A program made the position numbers and the translations under genes. Positions 52,089 to 64,000 of a DNA stretch of 64,000 nucleotides are shown one piece after another (position 1 is the stretch's first letter; each line of letters begins with the position of its first letter). The stretch lies in the NCBI GenBank assembly GCA_028534125.1, contig CM052818.1:2916001-2980000 (forward strand), written 5' to 3'. Below the pieces are notes generated by a model that saw only the letters and a program-made list of their open reading frames with translations, had not been told where the DNA came from and searched no databases. Origin of the DNA: Lama glama (taxonomy: Eukaryota).

Positions 52089-52132
52089 AAGAAAAGTAAT
52101 CTGAACATAGTGGAATATCATTAGGGGCCCTA

Positions 52133-52322
52133 TACTCAGCCAGGGCACTGTTGACATTTGGGGCTGGATGACCCTTTGCTGACGCCTGTGTACGGAAGGA
52201 GGTTAGCATCCTTGGCCTCTACCCACTAGGTGCCACCACCCCCCCACAGTCGTGACAGTCAACAGTGTCTCCAGACACTGCCAGATGTCCCCCGAGGTGA
52301 GGGAATGTTTTAAAGAACCACC
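52133..52322. mobile_element. MER20-like hAT fossil
   Basis: ggcactgttgacatttggggctggat...tggcctctacccactag...gtgacagtcaacagtgtctccagacactgccagatgtcccc. Confidence 0.85.
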
Positions 52323-53414
52323 CGTGTATATGAAGTTGCCATTTGAAAATGGTTGAAAGTCAGCAATTTCATATGGTCCAAACTCACAATACCGGTAAAT
52401 GATATTAAATGTTAATAAAAGCTAACATTAACTGAGCTTCGCTTCATGCCAGGCAGGATCTGCGTGTTAAGTCATGGAACCCTCATAATGACCCCACGAA
52501 GCAGGCACAGAGAGCTTGTGCCCGGATCACACAGCAGCGCTCACATCAGACCCAGACTGGCCCCCAAAGCTGAGTCCTCAGCCATGATGCTGAAGGGTAT
52601 CAGATGACTAGCCCAGGAGAGGCGGGACGGGAGAGCCTGCCACCGTGAGCCGTGGTGCGTAGGGCTTTCCTGTTCCCGAGGGGCAGCTGTGGGAGCCTGG
52701 TCAGGCCCCCCGGGGGGCCTCTGAGCCTCACCTGGAGAGGTTCATTGGCCACCTTCCTCCCGGGAGGACAGTGTGAGGCCCCAGGTCACGTCTGCAGAGC
52801 TCAGAGCCCTCCCCACCCGGTAAACACAGAGCACAATGATGCTAATTGTCACTGTCGTTCATGATTATCATTCTTACAAAATACACACCGGAGCCTCTGG
52901 GGGTATGATGGGACTAGTGCTGTTAGTAGCCTGGCCATGGTGGAAAAACAACAGTTCTGAAGGAGGTGTTGCCTCTCGGCCCAGATCTCAGGAAGCCTCG
53001 CAGTGGGAGGCCTTCTCCCCTCCAGCAGCGCCCAGTGCTGGGACCTCAGGCTGCCCTGTGCTCTGCTCTGCGCTAGGAGGATCCTCTTGGGAGAGAGAGG
53101 GGAGTTCTGATCCCAAGCTTGTCAGAAGCTCAGTTTTTCCACTTCAGGATCAGGGGCTGTTGTAAACTTTTGAGAGCAGGCAGCCTGGAGCCTGGGTCAG
53201 CAGATGACCCAAAGCAATAACCTTCCCTGTGGCCGGGGCCCATCAGCGGGTGGAAGCCTTCTAGGGGAGGTGGGTGGCTCTCTTGTCCTCCTCAGTCTGG
53301 GCCCCAAGCCTTGCTCTTGTATCAGGGAGCTAATTGTCCATCCCATTTACACACCATTACTTGTTCATCATGATGGCTGGCTGCCTCTCCCACTCACACT
53401 GTAAATATTACTAT

Positions 53415-53665
53415 TATTAGCAGTAAGCTCTCAGGAAAAGCTGTCGCCATGTGTCAGGCAGGGCTCCCAGCACTCCACGCACAGTGGCTCACACAGCCCT
53501 CACAGCTCCCTTCTCAAGTAGGGATCCTTGCCCTTCTAGTGAACACGAGAAAGCTGAGGCACAGAGACGTGAGGTGACTTGCCCAGAGTCCCAGAGCCAG
53601 TAAGTGGCAGAGCTGGGGTTCGCTTCCATCCATTCCAGCCCCCAAACCCACGTTCTCAGCTGCTG
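53415..53665 (-). mobile_element. MIR SINE
   Basis: gaaagctgaggcacagagacgtgaggtgacttgcccagagtcccagagccagtaagtggcagagctgggg. Confidence 0.78.
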
Positions 53666-55489
53666 CCCTGAGGGCGCTCTGCCTCAGCCCCACAAAGTTC
53701 ACCTCAAACAGCTGAACTCCTGTTTCCAGGAAAGGTGTTGGCGCCCTCCCCCTGCAGGTAAACCTCCCTCCAGAGGAAGTTCAGGGTCATTCCCAAGCTC
53801 CCTGCCCTGAGCACAGACTCCTCCTGTTGCCCAGTGCCAGGCCTAGAGAAGCCACAGAGACACCTGCAGCTTGGAGAAGCCGGCCGTCTGGGGGAGGCGA
53901 GGCCAGGCAAGCCTTCAGCATCTCTTTACCTCAGTGTCCCCACTGGATCTTGGGGGCCCAGGGGTGGTATTCAGCCCACAGGCAGTTTCATGTGGTCGTA
54001 GGTAATGAGCTGCGTTGTTCTTGGGTGGTTTCCATCAGCCGTCCACATTTTGGAAGTCAGGTTTTATACCTCCAAGCAGGTGTTCCTGGAATGTGGCCTG
54101 CCCCCTTCAGTTGCCACCTCTCCAGAGGTGGACATCGGTCCCCAGTCACCCTGTGGTCCCCTCTGTTCCACTCACACCAGCCTGCTTTGCTCACTGCTGC
54201 CAGTGAGCTTGCAAGCTCAATGAGGGCAGGACCACGCCTTATACCCTCGGGTATTTACAGAACCTAGAAGAATGTTCTAATTCATTAACTCCCACTGGAC
54301 CAGAAACTCTGAGTCTGTGCCGAGAAAGCCGAACATTCTGGCCCCGCTCTTAAGAACCGCCCCAGCTTTGGGGAATAACACACTCATTCTAGTCCATAAA
54401 ACGGACATACTTTGAGGTGAGGCCACGTCAGTCATGTCAAGAAAAACCCACAGGAGCCCAAGATTATAGTCTGAAAAGAGGGAGCTCTTTCTAAAGCCTT
54501 TCTTAAGCCTTTGTTTTCCAGAACAATGGTCTTTAGGGTTCTAGAGAACTATAATGACATCTCACACTAAAATCTTGAGGTGAAGAGAAAAAGTTAAAAG
54601 AAATAACTAGTCAGAAATCATCAAAAGTACTGAACATCATCCTGAAACATTTATGCGTCAGGTGAACCTTGGGTTGTATATTTTAGGTCTCCCTTTAATA
54701 AACCCCTGCTAATAGCCAACTACTTCAGAAAACAAATGGGAAAAGAATTTCCAAAGGCAGTTAGTAAAACCATAGAAATGCAAGGTTAGGACTCCCAACA
54801 CCATTTTTCCCCTGAGGCAGATTCTGCAAACTGTTGACCTACTGCCCGCACAAACCTTCAGACAAAGGAAAACAGTGGAAGGAAGCCACCCGGGTGACAG
54901 GGTTGAAGGGTTCCAGTGTTGGCAGCCAGGGGCGACCCGTTGAAGTGTCTCACCTGTCCAAAATGCTCCCTGGTGACTGAACTCCCTGACTTAACTTTCC
55001 CACAGCAAAGTGTGAAAACATGTTGCCATCAGCCAAGGAAAACATTCCACATAGCTCTGGCCGCGGTACCTTCCAGTGGGATCTGAACAGAGGCAGACAC
55101 CCAGAGAGGAGGGACCGTGTGACTGAAAACGCAGCTCCCGAGAGACCAGGATTGGGAGTGGTTTTCTTGCTACTGCCTGAGCCGCTTTGTCTAGACCTAC
55201 TCTCATCTCAGCAACCAGCAGGTGCCAGGGTGTAGGGGTTGAGAAGTCAGGACATCACCCACCCCTGAGTCTGAAGAAAGTGCATGTCCTGCCCCCACCA
55301 GAAGTAGATACTGGGGTTCACACGCCAGGAAGAATAATGCAGCTAAAAGCATGGATCTGGAAGTCAGACATTCTCTTATATGAGTGAATTAGCACCATTA
55401 AGCCTGTTTCTTTGTGCATAAAACAGGGATATTACTATTTCTTAGGATTGTAATGAGGACCCAGTGACCATAATGCATATTAGAGCTTT

Positions 55490-55683
55490 TGCTGTCCAAG
55501 ACAGGAGCCACTGGACATGTGTGGCTATTTAAATTAATTCATTTAATTAATTAAAATTTAGTTTCTCAGTCTCACTAGCCACATTTCAAGTACTCAATAC
55601 TTCTAGGGGGCTAGTGGCTACCGTATGAGACAGCACACAGATAGAGTTTTTCCATCATCACAGAAAGTTCGCTTAGACACAGT
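55490..55683. mobile_element. MER3-like hAT-Charlie fossil
   Basis: gctgtccaa...catgtgtggctatttaaatt...actagccacatttcaagtactcaata...ggctagtggctaccgtat...ttccatcatcacagaaagttc. Confidence 0.85.
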
Positions 55684-56254
55684 GGAGAATATTTAAGCCG
55701 AGTTTCCAGCAGCACATAAGAGCAGCCATCACCAGCACCTTCACCATTGTCACCAGCACATCGTCACCATCATGACAGCTGAAGGATGTTGTAAGGTCTT
55801 GCTGAAGGAGCAGTGAAAGTCAGGGAGACCACGGAGCCCAAGGCTGTGGGTTCCTTCGGATCAGAGCTGCAGGAGAAGCCCTTACCTCCTCCAGCCCACT
55901 CCTCCCCAAAAGCCCGAGGCAGAAAGGTTATAGGACTCGGTGAATTCAGTTCTTGAGGCCAAGAATGGGTAAACCCAATATAGGTATCCTGTGACTCAGT
56001 GTCTCCACTACCACCCCAGCCCGGTGGATTTTCTCCATGTTAAGGGCAAGTTGGTGTAAACATATTTCTAAAACCATTGTCCCTGGTCCTTGGTCACTCG
56101 GTCCTTGGTCCCCATATTAAAGATTTTATCTTGGGGCCTATGCCAAACAACTTTGCTAAGACTCAGAGCACTAGCCTCCTGTTGGAACGTACATCATTGT
56201 TTATGAAGACAGTGTCTCTCAAGAGCCTTAAAAATGCTCACATTCTTTTATTTA

Positions 56255-56465
56255 CATTTTAGCACTCATGTAGCCCTTCCTTTGTGTCAGATATTTCTCG
56301 ATGTTAACTCATTTAATGCTCATAACTCTATGAGGTTAACTTTATTACTATCATGTCTTAAGGATGCAGAATTAATGGCCCAGAGAGGTTAAGTAATTAG
56401 CTCAAGGTCACACAGGCATTAAGGGGAATGGGATTCAAACCTATGACAACTGGGCTCCAAAGTCT
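56255..56465 (-). mobile_element. MIR SINE
   Basis: ggcccagagaggttaagtaattagctcaaggtcacacag...gggattcaaacc. Confidence 0.75.
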
Positions 56466-57128
56466 GTATCATGTTGTGCCCACTTAAGGGATCCTATCCT
56501 GAGGAAGTAATCCCAAATGCAAACAAAATGTGTACCCAAAGATAATCCCCTGGTGTTATTTATGACAGCAAAATTCGAGATAGCCTACATGGTAAGGGTT
56601 CAATGAAGCACACCATGTACATGAATTACTGTGCAACTGTTTCAAATGACTTCCACAGTTTTTCTAATGACGGAGTTAAATGGTAAAGAAATATTAAGTG
56701 AGAAATTGATACAAAACTATATTTTTAAAAATCTGAACTATGTTAAAAAAATACACAGAAGTAGTCCAGCAGAAGTCCTTGTCATTCAGACCACCACTTG
56801 AGGGGGTGGGATTTGCAGCAATGTGGGCTTTCTTTCCTTCTTTCATTTTCTTTCGATTTTATTATAATTTATGTACTTTCCAATTTTCTCAGAAATATTC
56901 TTTTTCTGATTGGGGAAATTTTTCCTTAAGGAAAAAAAACCGCTTATAAGAGCACAGCTCTATATGCATTATCATATTTCTTCAAAATTTTAAAAGGCAC
57001 CATGAACCAGGTGCAAAAGGGACTTAGAAGAAAAACTGAGCAACAGACAGGACTGGAAAGCCCTAAAGGTATCGGCAGAGGAGACAGGCATATCACTGGT
57101 AATTTAAGTCTTCGTGTTAAAACAGAGA

Positions 57129-57318
57129 GGGGAAGAGGAAGGTACGACTCTGGTAGAGCGCATGCTTAGCATGCATGCGGTCCTGGGTTCAATCCCCAAC
57201 ACCTCCATTAAAAAAATTAAAAAATAAACCTAATTACCTCCCCCCAACAAAAAAATAAACAAATACATTTTTAAAATTTAAAAAAAATTAAGTTACATAT
57301 TTAAAAAAAAGAAAAGAA
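57129..57318 (+). mobile_element. tRNA-Ala-like SINE (long form)
   Basis: tggtagagcgcatgcttagcatgcatgcggtcctgggttcaatcccc...aaacctaattacctccccc; imperfect TSD aaaacagaga / aaaacacagaga. Confidence 0.92.
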
Positions 57319-58522
57319 AACACAGAGATGCCTAAGCCACAAACTGTGAAACAAGGTAAGTAGCAGCCGGACCTCACATGCGGCTGTTACTGTTAGGAAT
57401 AACAGAGATCATTCCGGTAGGAGGTTAGCATAGCCTTTAATAAGATGATGTTGTAATTAGCACGAGGCTCCCACTATTTTATTTAAATGGGGTTTCTTAG
57501 AGTCCTCAACGTTGATTTGTTAAGTCATAGGGTTTCAGAACCAAGCCATTAGGGAGATGTTAGAATCCTCCTCTCCCAGGGCCTTTGGGTTAGAGTAGCA
57601 ACATTGCGGGCTGGGTAAAATTGCCTCCTGGGGTGCTCCTTCCATAGCCTGGACCTTTCCTGAGTCGCTATGCAAATTCTCATCACACTCCCCTTCCCCA
57701 TGAGGAAACGGCACTGACACCCAGCTATAGAGAAGTCTCATTGGCTTGGCTGCAGCCCCTGGTTAGACATGGAACAGTCCACCCCAAAGCCCAGGCTCCC
57801 CACCCCGCTTCTATTCAGTGGTTCGCCAGAGTTTTTGTAGAGCTAGGTCTTGTCTACAGGAGCATGGAGCTGGCCTAAGGTGAGGCTGGAGGGAGGGACA
57901 GTCAGAGAGGTGGGTGTAGTCCTGAGGGCCTTCCAAGGTTAAAGACATCCATGGAAAATGGATGGAGAGGTGCCTGGGAGAATGAATGACTGAGTCTGTT
58001 AATTACATCTTAGAGAATGTGGTCTTTGAGATGGAGTCTGAGGAAGAAAGTGAGGAATCCTATTCCAGGCAGAGAAGGTAGCAGGAGCTGAGATGGGCAA
58101 GGGTTGGGTGGGTAGTCATTCACTCATTAGGCAGCCGTGTCTGAGCACTAGTTTATTTGACATTACAAGGTGGGAGGGCTTCTTGGGTTGTTGGAACCTA
58201 GGTGACGGGAGATAAAGTAGTGGGGGTGGATTAGGGTCCTACAGAGAGGGGTGTTGGATACCAAATGGAGGATGCCCACAACCCAGGAGCCATCTGGGTG
58301 CAGGGTGAAAACTCGAGATGGGCTGGAGAAGGGACCCTTGGCAGGGTTCTCTTTAGACACAGAAAGCTTCGATGTACACATCACCTGTGCCTGTTGCTTA
58401 TCGCCTCTAAGTCTCAAGTTCAATCCACCATCAGCTCCCCCTTGGTGGAAAGGGGCCAGTGTCTTTGTTTTCTCCCCAACCTACAGGGTGAGCTGTTTCC
58501 TGACTTTTACCTTCACATAATT

Positions 58523-58561
58523 AAAACCAAACAAAAACAAAAACAAAAACAAAAAAACAAA
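58523..58561. repeat. (CAAAAA)n simple repeat
   Basis: Direct reading. Confidence 0.9.
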
Positions 58562-60786
58562 CCTGCTCCTATCCCATAGCACTCGGTTGTCTCCCTCCCA
58601 GCCCAAGTCTGAGGGTCTGTGTTCTTATTCACACTTCTGTGATCCAGATCCGTTTTCAAGCAAAGTCTTCTTTCCAGAGCTCCCCAGTCTTCCACTCTGT
58701 TCCTCCTCCCCGGAGCCCGCTCTCTTCTCCTCCCGTCTACAGAGAAACTTAGATGGCATTTAACCTCCCAGTTGGTCTTCCCCAGCTTCCTTACTTAAGA
58801 CTGCAAACCCTTTGCACCCTCATTGAACCTAAAACCTCAAATCTCTTTTACCCTTTCAAGATTGGAGGCTAAACCAAAAGGCCAGATTTGATCAAGAGCT
58901 TAATCTGCGGCATTCTCATCTCAGTCCCCAGTTAGTATGCAGGGGCAGCAGCCCTGGTGAGTGAACGAGAACCCAGACTCGGGTCAGCAGACCTGGGAAT
59001 GAATTTCTCTCTCTTCCCTGGCAGGGTGGGCACAGGCAAGTGCCTTGACTTTTCTGTGCAAAGATTAAATGAGAAAATGTGTACTAAAGGTAAACTAACC
59101 TTTAACAGATAAGCAAGTGCTTGAATTCAAACAAAAACAAAAACAAAAACCCTTTAAATAAGGTTCATAACAACTGGGCTTTGGGGAAAAGAGCACCAGT
59201 GAAAGACTTTTTCATTAAGCAGCATTAAAGACAGAAGCTCGTATGCTGGTATCCCAGGCTGTAGCCTTAAGCAACAATTTTTGCAGCATCTCCTATTTAC
59301 CATAATCTTAAACCCATACACTACCTGTTCCTTTAACATTAAAATGATTAAGTTTTTAACATTGAGCAAAACGTATGCTCCAGGAGAATACACGGTGTTT
59401 ATCCTGTGACTTCTGGCATCTGGGGTCTAGTGTCTGGAATCTGGCAACCCAGGAGCACAAGTTCAAGGGAATCACAAATCCAGCACCCCTGGGGCTAGCC
59501 CTGGCACGGTAGCAGACACACCAGGACCCTTAATCCTCCTTCATTTTCCTTGTTCTTCAAAGGCCTTTTAGTCTGAAAGTGAAGGTGACGGGCTGGCTAC
59601 TTCCTCAAAAGGTAGACTCTTGAAAAAAAAAAAAGTTTAAACTATCATTGTCAAATCTGGGAAGGAAAACAAAAGTTTAAATACAGTGTGTGATGTTTGG
59701 TGCCAGACTGCTCCTCAGGGAAGTCGCCTGTGGGAAGGAAGTCACCCAACCTGAGAAGTCAGCAGTGATCAAACATTTTCATTACAAAAAGAAAGTCACC
59801 CCAGACAAAGCGACCTGATTATAAACTAAGTCTCTTCTATTGAGAAGAATCATATGCTTGGAGGGGGAAAAAAGTACCTGCATCAGAAAATGACCATCAC
59901 TTCCTCATGACTAGAACATGCCCTGAGGAATGACCGTGCAAGAACCACTTGTGGCCCCCACCCCAGAATCTCGGTGGGGGGAGTTTAGCACAGGTGAGAG
60001 CTACATGGAAGAAGCACAGAGGAGGCTGTTACTGAAATGATTGACACCAAAGAGCCTCTGAATAGTACCAATACCAGTAATACCATCACCGTGTGTCGGT
60101 GTTGCCCTTTACAGGCTACATGCACGTTCGTAAACGTGAGTTGTTTTGTGCCCTTACTAATCTTCTAGTGGAGGGAGGCCAGGTATTGTTGGAAATGAGG
60201 ACCAGGGTTCAAAAGAGATTGGTGGCTTTTCAAGTCTTACAATTACCAGATGGCGGTGCTGGCCGCTCCTCTGCCACATGCCCCTTGCACTGGACCACCT
60301 GGTAAATGCTTGTAGAACTAATTAAACTTGAGGAAGATGAAGAAAAAGCAAACCACAGTCTATGTCTCCTGCTGGTTTAGCATGTTTTCTTTCTCTCATC
60401 ACTAGAAATTCTGAATACACACATTTAGTTTAAAAATAACCTAGATTTTTATGAACTGCCAAAATGAACTTCATGTCATAAACACATTTGCTGCCTTCCT
60501 CTCTCCCCCAGGATCTGGCATGGTAACAATAATAATGAAGTGCTCCAGCAGCACTTTTCCTCCTCAGATGATAAGCTGATGAGTTATCCCTTCTTCTCCA
60601 AGCAAGAGGTGCCTGTGCAGGGTAGTAGGAGCAATTTTGCTGATGCCTTTGCCTCCAATAGCAAAAGCTGGAGGGGGCCCTTTGGGCTTTTCCTAGGACT
60701 TGGGTCGCTCCGGCCCCGACTTCTTAGAGGAGTGGAGAGAATGAGGCTTCTGCCTGAGAGTGTGCTGACACCCCTGTCTTCCCCAG

Positions 60787-60936
60787 CTGCCATTCTGGGT
60801 ACGTCGGTGCACGCTGTGAACACGCAGACCTCCTGGCCGTGGTGGCTGCCAGCCAGAAGAAGCAGGCCATTACCGCCTTGGTGGTGGTCTCCATCGTGGC
60901 CCTGGCTGTCCTCATCATCACTTGTGTGCTGATACA
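60787..60936 (+). CDS. TGFA: TGFA coding exon 4 (CHSGYVGARCEHADLLAVVAASQKKQAITALVVVSIVALAVLIITCVLIH; end of EGF domain, juxtamembrane cleavage site, transmembrane helix)
   Basis: tcttccccag acceptor; GTGAGT donor at 60937; 150 nt, phase 2/2. Manual translation gives the TGF-alpha sequence. Confidence 0.99.
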
Positions 60937-63728
60937 GTGAGTCTTTGCTGCCTCTGAGGCTGAGTCCCCCATCTGCCTGCCCCACGAGGGCTATGTGCAG
61001 CGTGCCCAGATAACAGGGCCACGCTGATGTCTGATTCATGTTAGCAAAGCAAAGAGGAGCTTTGGTGACAGCCAAGCTATGTAAAGGGCACACATGCTGG
61101 GAGGTCCCTAACAGAGGATCTGTGCCTTGCTGGATGCCAGTGCAGAGCCAAAGTTGCTCTCTCCTTGCTGTGGGCTTGGAGGCTTCACCATTGTGATGGG
61201 GATACACAGACTTTCCAGAGGGAACTAGAAACGGCTCCCAGCCTCCTGTGGGCAGTAGCCACAGCGCTTCCTCTCTGCAGAAGGCACTTTGCAAACCCTA
61301 AAGCCACGGTGGCTGTTACCACAGGCCTTCCCCTCTCTCTACTTCTCTGCCCCCCCCTCCAAAACTCACTGTCTGGCGTCTTCCAGGAAGCCTTCCTGAG
61401 CCCTAGACCAACTGAGCCCCTTTCCAGGTTTCTTAGCCCCGTTTGCTCACCTAGGACTGCTCTGCAACAGGAGAGACCCTAGGGTTGTATTTCCAGCATC
61501 TGGCCAGATTTATTCCCTGGAAATATCTGGAGACATCTAAGTCACAGAGCAACCCTCAGAAGATGTCACCTAATTGGACGTGCACAAGGGATTGGCAGAA
61601 CAGCCAAAGGCTGCAGTTAGATTGGTGCAGAGTAACTCAAGGTGGAGACAGTAAGTGGACGGGCCCTTTCTGGCCAGGGCTGGAAGGAACAACCATGAGT
61701 TACTGCGCGAAGCCAGACTTGAGCCCTCTGAGCGTGCCCAGGGTTTTAGATAAATAAGAGTCTCTGTCCTGTTTTTTTATTGGTTTGTTGCCATTGAAGC
61801 GTCTCAAGCCCATGCTCCTGGTTCTGATAATGAATGGAGAGCCCCTGGGAGCCCCAGCTCGGTGACAGTAGCTACAGCCTGCTCATGTCCTCCTCCTGAA
61901 TCGAGGCAGCATTAAGGGGTGAGGGATGAGGTCCGAGCTGGGCTGGCCTCTCCTTCTCCGTTTTACTCCCATGTGTCTTAGGAAAGATGTCTGCAGGTGG
62001 TGGACCTGTTTTCAGGCTGGGGCATAGCTCAGGTTCTGCCATGCGTGAAGACCCTCCCCCACCCCCACTGGGGCAGCAGGAGCAGCCAAGGGACTGCTGG
62101 CTTTGACTCTTATGGCTGGCTGGCTAAGTGTCCCCACCTGTCACTCACATAGTCCCTTTTCTGTGTCCCAGCGCCTCAGGAAGAAGCCTAAGTGCCCATG
62201 TGGGCCTCCCCAGAGGGACTGGAGAGTTAATTTTGCCATATTCTCTGAAGACAAGACTAACCCAGGATACCTGGGCAGCCTCTTCCTTCCCAGGGAGGCA
62301 ACCATTCCACCTCTCCTGTGTCCTTTCCAAGCCTACCCTTGCCAGAAATCAAGTTCAGAATCCCTGATGCAGAGACTAAGTCCTCAACCTGCCTGGCACT
62401 GGTTGCCCAGGCGCTGGATCCCTCCTGAATGGCAGAGTTGCTTGGGACCAGCCCATCCCATGCCCGAGGGGTCTAGAGGCCAGGATCCCGCTGCCCTGGG
62501 GCACACCTGCTTGGGAAGCTCCTGGGGCAAGCCCACCTGGCTAGGTGACTGCAAGGCAGCCATCATTGATAGATCTAGAATCAAGGCCTCTCACATGGGG
62601 TGAGCTGGTCCCAACCTGGATTCTGCAACTCAAGAGGGACCCGTGCAGGGGCAGACTGCTCTGGCCACCCATGGCAGAAGCAGTTTGGGCAGAAATGTCG
62701 CAGGGTTCCTTCTCAGCTCTGCTGCCCAAAGATTCGGTGGCTGCAGTCACCTCCCCAGGGCAGTGCCGAGAGAGAGGGGCTGGGGTAGGGATCGTGAGAT
62801 GACACCAGGCACCAAGAGGGAAGCCCAGCCACCGGATTGTTTCCTCATCTGTTTCTGGTCTCGTGGCAGCCAGGAGACCCCTCCCAGCCCCAGTCAGTGG
62901 GTGTATAGGTTCTGCATACGTTAGGGTTAGAATGAGTGGAAACAGAGTCCTCCATGGTGTCCCAGGGGAAATAGCCAACAGCGCTCTAGCGAGTTAATGT
63001 CTTACTCAGGGCTTTCTTCTCTGCCCTTCTCTTGGGTTCTCTGGTTCTCTTTTCATGCTAACTCTGCAGGCTGTTCATTGCTGCCCACAGAGAGAGGCTG
63101 GAGCCCTCATGGCCCTAATGCTTCAGCACTCCGGGTAGCAGGTTCACTGAGAGGATGGGTTGGCCACAGGTAGAGAATGTTAGTCCTCAGAAAAAAGATT
63201 CGGAGCCACGGACATGTGCGACTCACTCTCTCATTCCATCCATGGGTCCATCCAGCACCCTCTGCCCCACGCAGTCCCTGCTTTGCTGCTGGCAGTTCCT
63301 GATGGATGACCCCACCCCATCCCAAGCCCTCACGGCCCTGCCAGCCTGAAGCGGCTGCTTTGGCCCAGTCCTGACAGCAGTTCTGGGGCTATTGCTACGT
63401 TTCTGGAGTTACCCCACTGCTTATGGTGCAAGCAGCTGGTGGATGACTGGTCCTCTCTGACAGCTGGGAACCCAGTGCAGAGCCGCCAAGTGGAGCTGGT
63501 CCTTTGCGGTGGCCAACAACAGGTCCTCTCTTGGGTGACCAGCTCCTGCCCCAAAGGCCACTGCCCTGCAAAGCCCCCAGCCCCCTGCTGTGTCTGTCCC
63601 TCTGGAGGCCCCACGGGAAGGCAGTGTCAGAGCCCAGCACTGCCCAGCAGGCCCCTCGGGTGGCCGCTGCACCAGCTGGGCTCCGCTGCCAGGCTTCCGC
63701 ACAGACCGTGTTCTCTGCATCTTTGCAG

Positions 63729-63838
63729 CTGCTGCCAAGTCCGAAAACACTGTGAGTGGTGCCGGGCCCTCATCTGCCGGCACGAGAAGCCCAGTGCCCT
63801 CCTGAAGGGAAGGACTGCTTGCTGCCACTCAGAAACAG
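63729..63838 (+). CDS. TGFA: TGFA coding exon 5 (cytoplasmic tail CCQVRKHCEWCRALICRHEKPSALLKGRTACCHSET)
   Basis: ctttgcag acceptor; GTAAGG donor at 63839; 110 nt. The cysteine-rich tail is visible in ORF 63439..63942. The terminal VV-stop exon is beyond the window. Confidence 0.99.
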
Positions 63839-64000
63839 GTAAGGGGCCGTATCAAGGAAGGGCCTTTTTCCCCTGGGAGACACTATTGGGTAGAGAAAAG
63901 GACCACCTTTTCCAGGTCAGGACAGAAGTTCTTGGAGGATGAAACAGAATGAAGTGAGGAAAAGAAGAGGACATTTATCCTACCAAGTCACGTTTAGCTT

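Noticed and set aside
60584..61294. 236-aa antisense ORF overlapping exon 4
   Set aside because: Consistent with a shadow ORF in GC-rich coding and flanking DNA; no recognisable domain.

Overview
Mammalian genomic DNA, very probably from a camelid given a recurrent tRNA-Ala-like SINE resembling the camelid vic-1 family. The window covers most of the TGFA (transforming growth factor alpha) gene on the + strand. Coding exons 2-5 lie at 14154-14207, 50261-50378, 60787-60936 and 63729-63838, all with canonical AG/GT boundaries and consistent phases. Exon 1 and exon 6 appear to lie outside the window. The rest is intron, rich in retrotransposons (9 tRNA-derived SINEs, about 12 truncated L1 3' ends, older L1/L2/MIR, MaLR LTRs) and DNA-transposon fossils, plus microsatellites and two 500-N assembly gaps. 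Almost all ORFs in the supplied track are spurious. I found no convincing novel biological system. The best observations are: loss of the TGFA exon 3 tandem (NAGNAG) acceptor, a twin-primed inverted L1, nested and chimeric insertions, SINE structural subtypes with a sense-strand bias, a perfect 46-bp tandem duplication, and two candidate intragenic promoter/enhancer motif clusters. Repeat family names come from recalled consensus sequences, not from a database search.
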